Shown one piece after another: positions 59,001-64,000 of a stretch of 64,000 nucleotides of DNA. This stretch comes from a virus. Lineage: Duplodnaviria; Caudoviricetes. The notes beneath the pieces were generated by a model, which made no database searches, was not told the DNA's origin, and saw only the letters and a program-made list of their open reading frames with translations. Position numbers and translations under genes: made by a program. The DNA is taken from the IMG/VR virus record IMGVR_UViG_3300028048_000039, positions 1 to 64,000 of that record, one strand, 5' to 3'. Position 1 is the stretch's first letter, and the number at the start of each line of letters is the position of its first letter.

Positions 59001-59460
59001 CTTTCTTTTCCTCCTTTTTCTTTCCACGTTTCTTTGTTTGAAGCGGGATTATTTCTTCATGTGCTGGTACCTCAGGAGGTAATTTAGTATAGGTAATAGT
59101 TAATGTCTTGAGTTCTTCCAATGTCACGTCCTCATCTTCAAAAATGGCCCTCAATTCATTAGTTTTCTCCTTGAGGAGATTACCTCTCTCAATAGCACTT
59201 TTCATCTTGTTAATGTTATAATCAATGGCATCAAAGATTGGTACCTCGCCAGTTTCAATGTCAGCAAGGAAGTAATATTCTCCCGGAGTCCCCTCGTTCT
59301 TTCTCACTGAAATACCAAATTTCTCCTCAATGTTCTCATCAACAATCCAGCCAATAGGAAATGAGACAACAACATAAATAATTTGTGTCCCATCGATGTT
59401 GGTGATTTGCATCTCCTTGAAATATTTTCCTAGTTTTGTAATTCTTTCCTTAATATTCAT
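58993..59460 (-). CDS. Hypothetical protein
   Basis: 155-aa ORF; TTGCCT-N17-TATATT upstream (59506-59478). Confidence 0.55.
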   Translation of the reverse strand: MNIKERITKLGKYFKEMQITNIDGTQIIYVVVSFPIGWIVDENIEEKFGISVRKNEGTPGEYYFLADIETGEVPIFDAIDYNINKMKSAIERGNLLKEKTNELRAIFEDEDVTLEELKTLTITYTKLPPEVPAHEEIIPLQTKKRGKKKEEKKDE

Positions 59461-59508
59461 AAAAATCGATTTATTATAATATAATACCTTTATTAAATAA
59501 AGGCAAGA

Positions 59509-60684
59509 TTATTTTCTCCTCCTATTCTTATATTTCAGCAGTTCAAGTTCAGAGAATTGCTTTGCATCTCTAACAGCTTTTATTATTCCCTTCTTTCCCT
59601 CTGCTTCATATAGCTCACCAAAGTCCTTATAACCTATGTATCTATAACGCTCACCATTATATATAATGTATTCAGGATTATCATCCTTATTCACTGTTAA
59701 ATCGTCTTTCTTCACCCAAATCCTTGTATTGATATATTCATAGTCATTCGCCTTCTCATCGTTAATCTTTTCATACCTTCCAAGAAGACCTTCACCCATT
59801 CTTATATACCAAATTTTGTCCTTTAATGATGGGCACGATGATAATGTATTATACATTCTAATTGTTTCAGAAATGTCGGTATCAGCATCAAGACAAATAT
59901 ATATTGGCCCATGTGATTTCTCAGAAAGATACTTATAAACCTCCGTTTTCTTAGTTAATACTTTTCCCATGAGTGAAATGGCATTTGGATAATAAATACA
60001 GTCGATGGCACCCTCAACAAGTATCATCATTCCGTCTGGATTTATCTTATCTTCATGAAGGATGATGTTATTCTTGTCCGCATCACAGTTCTTATATTTA
60101 TTCCTTTTATCATTTGGGCGATATGTCCTTCCTATAAAGTAATTCAAGTCACCCAATGAGTTATATGATGGGAATATAATCCTATTTCTCCACGTCCAAT
60201 CACTTTCCTCCCAAGTTGTATGACCAATATTGTATTTATCAATTATATCTTGCGTTATTTTCCTCTTCTTGAGATATTCAACAAGGTTTATGTCTTTACA
60301 TTTTGAGAGGTTTATTTTCTTAAATGAAGTTGGAAGCTTCAATAACTTTTTTTCTTTATAAAAATCGGCATTATCTTGAAAGAAGTCTAAGTCATAATAC
60401 CTACTTTCCTTAATATCTTTAATAATTGAGAAATATTCATCAACAAGCATCTTTCCCCCAAACTTACGAATAAGTTTAGAGATGTTTCCTGAATAATCAG
60501 TTACCCATTCATGATATTTACCCAATGCGAAAGATATTTCCAGATTATACTTATTATCTGGAATACCACCATTCTCATCTGTTGCCCATGGCGAATTAAA
60601 CTGATACTGAGTACAGTCCTTACTATACCCACCCTGCTTGCTTTCACCAAGTATTGATACTAATATATTATAAACTCTTTCCAT
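59509..60684 (-). CDS. DnaG-type (Toprim) DNA primase with degenerate zinc-binding domain
   Basis: YLKKRKI, RIIFPSY...LNYFIGR, KYKN, LVEGAID, ICLDAD, KDFGE. Confidence 0.85.
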   Translation of the reverse strand: MERVYNILVSILGESKQGGYSKDCTQYQFNSPWATDENGGIPDNKYNLEISFALGKYHEWVTDYSGNISKLIRKFGGKMLVDEYFSIIKDIKESRYYDLDFFQDNADFYKEKKLLKLPTSFKKINLSKCKDINLVEYLKKRKITQDIIDKYNIGHTTWEESDWTWRNRIIFPSYNSLGDLNYFIGRTYRPNDKRNKYKNCDADKNNIILHEDKINPDGMMILVEGAIDCIYYPNAISLMGKVLTKKTEVYKYLSEKSHGPIYICLDADTDISETIRMYNTLSSCPSLKDKIWYIRMGEGLLGRYEKINDEKANDYEYINTRIWVKKDDLTVNKDDNPEYIIYNGERYRYIGYKDFGELYEAEGKKGIIKAVRDAKQFSELELLKYKNRRRK

Positions 60685-60716
60685 CTGTCACAAATATACA
60701 AAAAATTTTTCAAAAA

Positions 60717-60748
60717 TAAAAAAGCGGACAATTTCTTGCCCGCCTTTT
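60717..60748 (-). terminator. Intrinsic terminator (minus strand)
   Basis: GCGGGCAA-GAAA-TTGTCCGC + T run on the minus strand. Confidence 0.75.
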
Positions 60749-60765
60749 CAATAGTTCAGGAAATA

Positions 60766-61215
60766 TTAATATTCTCCGCAATTAGTGTCATCATATGTTC
60801 TTAACATGCTGTTAAAGTAAACATAGTTCTTAAGCATTCTGTCTTTTATCCTAACGCCGTACCTATAATCAAATTTTGTTACCTCAGTGCAAAGATTGTT
60901 GCCGCTATCAAGAGTGAAGGTGACAATCTTATAGCCTTTTCCGTTTTTACCAACGAGGAATCTTGCATAAGGAATCTTCTTTTCTTCAGGAATAGCGTTA
61001 ATTGTCTCATATACACTATCAACAGGAAGCAACTGTCCAGTGAGTGGGGTAACTTGATTTTCGCCTAAGTACTCAACAATTGTCTGTTCGTCGTTTTCTG
61101 GGTTATCGTCAATTACAGTGTATTTGGTCCAAGGATTGAGTTTGTTGTATTTTTTAAGAAAATTATAATTTTCCCTTGAGCCTCTCCAATGTCTTACTAA
61201 ATGTTTCTCAGCCAT
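60766..61215 (-). CDS. Fibre-associated small protein
   Basis: RHWRGSRENY..L N-terminus and C-terminal NCGEY, similar to the DCGTY end of ORF 55593; directly follows the collagen gene. Confidence 0.5.
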   Translation of the reverse strand: MAEKHLVRHWRGSRENYNFLKKYNKLNPWTKYTVIDDNPENDEQTIVEYLGENQVTPLTGQLLPVDSVYETINAIPEEKKIPYARFLVGKNGKGYKIVTFTLDSGNNLCTEVTKFDYRYGVRIKDRMLKNYVYFNSMLRTYDDTNCGEY

Positions 61216-61242
61216 TTTATTTTAATATATATTAAATTCTTA

Positions 61243-63999
61243 TTATTCATCTTTTACTACCGTAAATACTGGAACTCCATCTTCAACAGATTCAATCACT
61301 TTATACCCTGCGTCTACGAAACTTACTGACTGTCCACCTGGCTCGCTGTAAGACTCTGCTGGGTTGAAGTTGTAGAACTTACCACCACGAACAATTATCC
61401 TTGCATCGCCTGTCTGATAGTTAGCATCGAAGCAGTTGAGCAAGAACTTGCAGTGTCCCTTAGGGTCGAGTTCAGGATTCTCATCAAGCATCTTGAATGA
61501 ACCACCATTTACGATAATCGTACCATACTCAGCATAAAGGACGTGGGTATATGCTTCGAAGTCACCACCATTAACAACTACTGTTGTTCCAGTCTTAGAA
61601 GCCCATACACCATAAGTACCGCTTGTCTCGATAACCTTACCTGGGCCGTTAATCTCAACGTAAGGGGAACTTCCTCTGAAGAACATTGCTGCTGACTTGC
61701 CACCCTTCAATGAGACGCTGTGTCCGTTAAGGTTATATCTATATTTGCCGCTAGCGAATAAACCGAAGGCAACTCTGTTTGTGCTGTTAACATCAGCGAC
61801 TACATCAGTAATACCCTGCTTGGTAAATCCTGCGATATTCGTACCTGAAACCTCGTATACCATTGGGATAACCTCTCCCTCTGTTATAATTTCGTCAACA
61901 AAGTCATAAATGTCAAGACCTCCCATCAAAATATTTCCTTTCTTTACGATAAGTTTCTTTGCGTGGAAAGCACCTGAGATTTCGAAGGTGTCATCACCAG
62001 TGGTAACATCCAATTCATTATACTGTCCGCCTGTCATCACGATAGTTGCATTTGGTGCGTCTATCTCAACAGAAGGAAGGTTAGCGGAATTTGTATTTGC
62101 TACGACGATTCTGTTGCTTGCGTTGGTAACGAGTTTAGAACCTTCCTGCCATCCTGCAGTTACTTGCATTGAGTTGTTAGCATCAACTGGTTCAATCTTC
62201 ACTTCACCATTAACAGTCGTTGCGGTTAATCTATTACTATTAATATATATGTTGTTATATTCGCCCTTCAGATTAGCACCAGCAGAGGTACTTCCTGTTG
62301 CAGGAGAATTATCTACAAATATGTCAATTGCTTCACCGCTTGTGTTATTGATTACGATATTCTTGTTGCTGTTGTTGACAATCTTAGCGCCATCTTGGAA
62401 AGCACCGTTAATTGTCAAGGTTGAAGAAGTCGTGGTTACAGAAGAAGGGATTGTTACGTTATTAATAACCGCACCTTCTGCTGCTGTGTAAGAATTGCTT
62501 CCGTTTTCAAATGTGCTCACAATAGTTTCTTCAATAGCATCCTGTTCAGGGGTGTTGTCATCATTTATTTCAGGAAGACTTTCATCTGGCTTACGGAGTT
62601 CAGTACCATCTTCTTCCCAATAGAGAGCGTTTGCTACATCTTCAAGAGTAGTTGGAGTTTCTGCACTTGGGTTGATTACGAAGACTTCAGTCATGGCACT
62701 TTCAGCCATTTCCTTTACCTTATCATAATCTGGCTCAGGACCCTGTGGACCTTGATAACCTATGTCACCCTGTACACCTTGAGCACCCTCTGGGCCCTGA
62801 TAACCTTCAGCACCCTGAGCACCTTGTGGCCCTTGATAACCTTCTTCGCCCTTAGGTCCTTGGAAACCTTGTGGACCTTCTGGACCTTGATAGCCTTCTT
62901 CGCCCTTAGGTCCTTGGTAACCCATATCGCCTTGGAAGCCCTGTGCGCCTTCTGGACCCTGGAAGCCATCTTCTCCCTTAGGACCTTGTTTTCCTTCAGC
63001 ACCCTGAGCACCTTGTGGGCCTTGTATATTACCAACGTTCTTCCATTCCTGATTTACGCCATCCCATACATAAAGGTCACCTTGTACAAGATAAGCATCT
63101 CCAACTTCTCCTTCAGGATGTGCAACAATAAGTTCTTCATATGTTTCATAAGAGCCTTTAATGTTTACGCCCTTACCATCGGCACCTTGTGGACCCTGAG
63201 GACCTTGATATCCTTCTTCGCCCTTAGGACCCTGATATCCTTCTTCACCTTTAGGTCCTTGGAAGCCATCTTCTCCCTTAGGTCCTTGGTAACCTTGTTC
63301 TCCTTCGGCACCCTGAGGTCCTTGATAACCTATGTCACCTTGGAAGCCCTGAGCACCTTGTGGGCCTTGCTTACCTTCAGCACCCTGAGCACCCTGAGGT
63401 CCTTGGAAACCATCTTTTCCGTCTTCTCCCTTAGGGCCTTGCTTTCCTTCAGGACCCTGTTCACCATTGGTTCCATCTTTTCCCTGAGGACCTTGGTATC
63501 CTTCTTCACCCTTCGGACCCTGCTTACCGTCTTCGCCGTCCTTACCTTTTTCTCCTTGAGGGCCTTGCTTACCGTCAGCACCTTGTGGGCCTTGATAACC
63601 TTCTTCGCCCTTCGGACCTTGTTTGCCATCCTCACCATCCTTTCCGTTAGCACCCTGAGGACCTTGTTCACCTTTAGCACCGTCTTTTCCATTTTCTCCT
63701 TGCGGACCCTGCTTTCCATCAATGCCATCTTTACCATCGGCTCCCTGTGGACCTTGGAAGCCATTTTTTCCATCTTCGCCCTTAGGGCCTTGCTTACCTT
63801 CAGCACCCTGAGCACCTTGTGGGCCTTGGATATCACCAACATCTTTCCATGTTTGGTTCAACTCATCCCAAACATAAAGGTCACCCTCTACAAGGTATGC
63901 ATCTCCAGGTTCTCCAGTGGTTCCTGAAATTGCATCCCATTCTTCACGAGTGTAAGAGCCTTTAATGTTTACGCCCTTACCTTCAGCACCCTGAGCACC
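61243..63999 (-). CDS. Collagen-like fibre with C-terminal beta-helical domain (5' truncated by window)
   Basis: Frame stays open to the window end (GAQGAEGKGVNIKGSY...). Acidic Gly-X-Y tracts are separated by GDAYLVxGDLYVWD knobs; C-terminal LNGH, VNGGDF, VRGGKFYNFNPA. Confidence 0.85.
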   Translation of the reverse strand, partial: GAQGAEGKGVNIKGSYTREEWDAISGTTGEPGDAYLVEGDLYVWDELNQTWKDVGDIQGPQGAQGAEGKQGPKGEDGKNGFQGPQGADGKDGIDGKQGPQGENGKDGAKGEQGPQGANGKDGEDGKQGPKGEEGYQGPQGADGKQGPQGEKGKDGEDGKQGPKGEEGYQGPQGKDGTNGEQGPEGKQGPKGEDGKDGFQGPQGAQGAEGKQGPQGAQGFQGDIGYQGPQGAEGEQGYQGPKGEDGFQGPKGEEGYQGPKGEEGYQGPQGPQGADGKGVNIKGSYETYEELIVAHPEGEVGDAYLVQGDLYVWDGVNQEWKNVGNIQGPQGAQGAEGKQGPKGEDGFQGPEGAQGFQGDMGYQGPKGEEGYQGPEGPQGFQGPKGEEGYQGPQGAQGAEGYQGPEGAQGVQGDIGYQGPQGPEPDYDKVKEMAESAMTEVFVINPSAETPTTLEDVANALYWEEDGTELRKPDESLPEINDDNTPEQDAIEETIVSTFENGSNSYTAAEGAVINNVTIPSSVTTTSSTLTINGAFQDGAKIVNNSNKNIVINNTSGEAIDIFVDNSPATGSTSAGANLKGEYNNIYINSNRLTATTVNGEVKIEPVDANNSMQVTAGWQEGSKLVTNASNRIVVANTNSANLPSVEIDAPNATIVMTGGQYNELDVTTGDDTFEISGAFHAKKLIVKKGNILMGGLDIYDFVDEIITEGEVIPMVYEVSGTNIAGFTKQGITDVVADVNSTNRVAFGLFASGKYRYNLNGHSVSLKGGKSAAMFFRGSSPYVEINGPGKVIETSGTYGVWASKTGTTVVVNGGDFEAYTHVLYAEYGTIIVNGGSFKMLDENPELDPKGHCKFLLNCFDANYQTGDARIIVRGGKFYNFNPAESYSEPGGQSVSFVDAGYKVIESVEDGVPVFTVVKDE

Positions 64000-64000
64000 C

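Noticed and set aside
62752-63927. 391-aa plus-strand ORF and other alternative-frame ORFs over the collagen tract
   Set aside because: Antisense or shifted shadows of Gly-X-Y codon repeats, with no independent signals
1-64000. TAG (or TGA) stop-codon reassignment as in Lak-like gut megaphages
   Set aside because: Coding density is high in the standard code, ORFs up to 1930 aa are uninterrupted, and TAG ends (3815, 20201, 28779, 45457) fall at sensible gene boundaries

Overview
This window looks like part of a large, AT-rich, contractile-tailed (T4-like/jumbo) phage genome read in the standard genetic code. The host is probably an anaerobic Bacteroidota, inferred from class III RNR nrdD/nrdG, a DUF4251-like exported protein, TTG-N20-TAT(A/C)TT promoters and the near absence of Shine-Dalgarno sites. 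The left half (about 1.8-28.8 kb) is a dense glycan-biosynthesis region. It holds UDP-glucose dehydrogenase, an SDR epimerase/dehydratase, GT2-like, DUF4422 and GT11 transferases, and four paralogs of an uncharacterised HxKG...GTF(F/Y)W family, interleaved with a collagen-like fibre gene. The right half is a baseplate/tail/fibre module followed by a primase and a second collagen fibre. The strongest candidates for new biology are two. (1) A putative phage virion O-glycosylation system: soluble GTs, including a SunS/GmaR-like protein GT, together with structural proteins rich in a hydrophobic-Ser-Gly/Ala motif. (2) A complete 2,484-bp IS1595-family element (22-bp TIRs, 8-bp TSD) that disrupts one paralog. 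It carries an ADP-ribosyltransferase-fold passenger with phage-type promoters and a head-targeting-like leader, plus a sense/antisense small-peptide module. All family assignments come from motif recognition by eye; no database searches were run.
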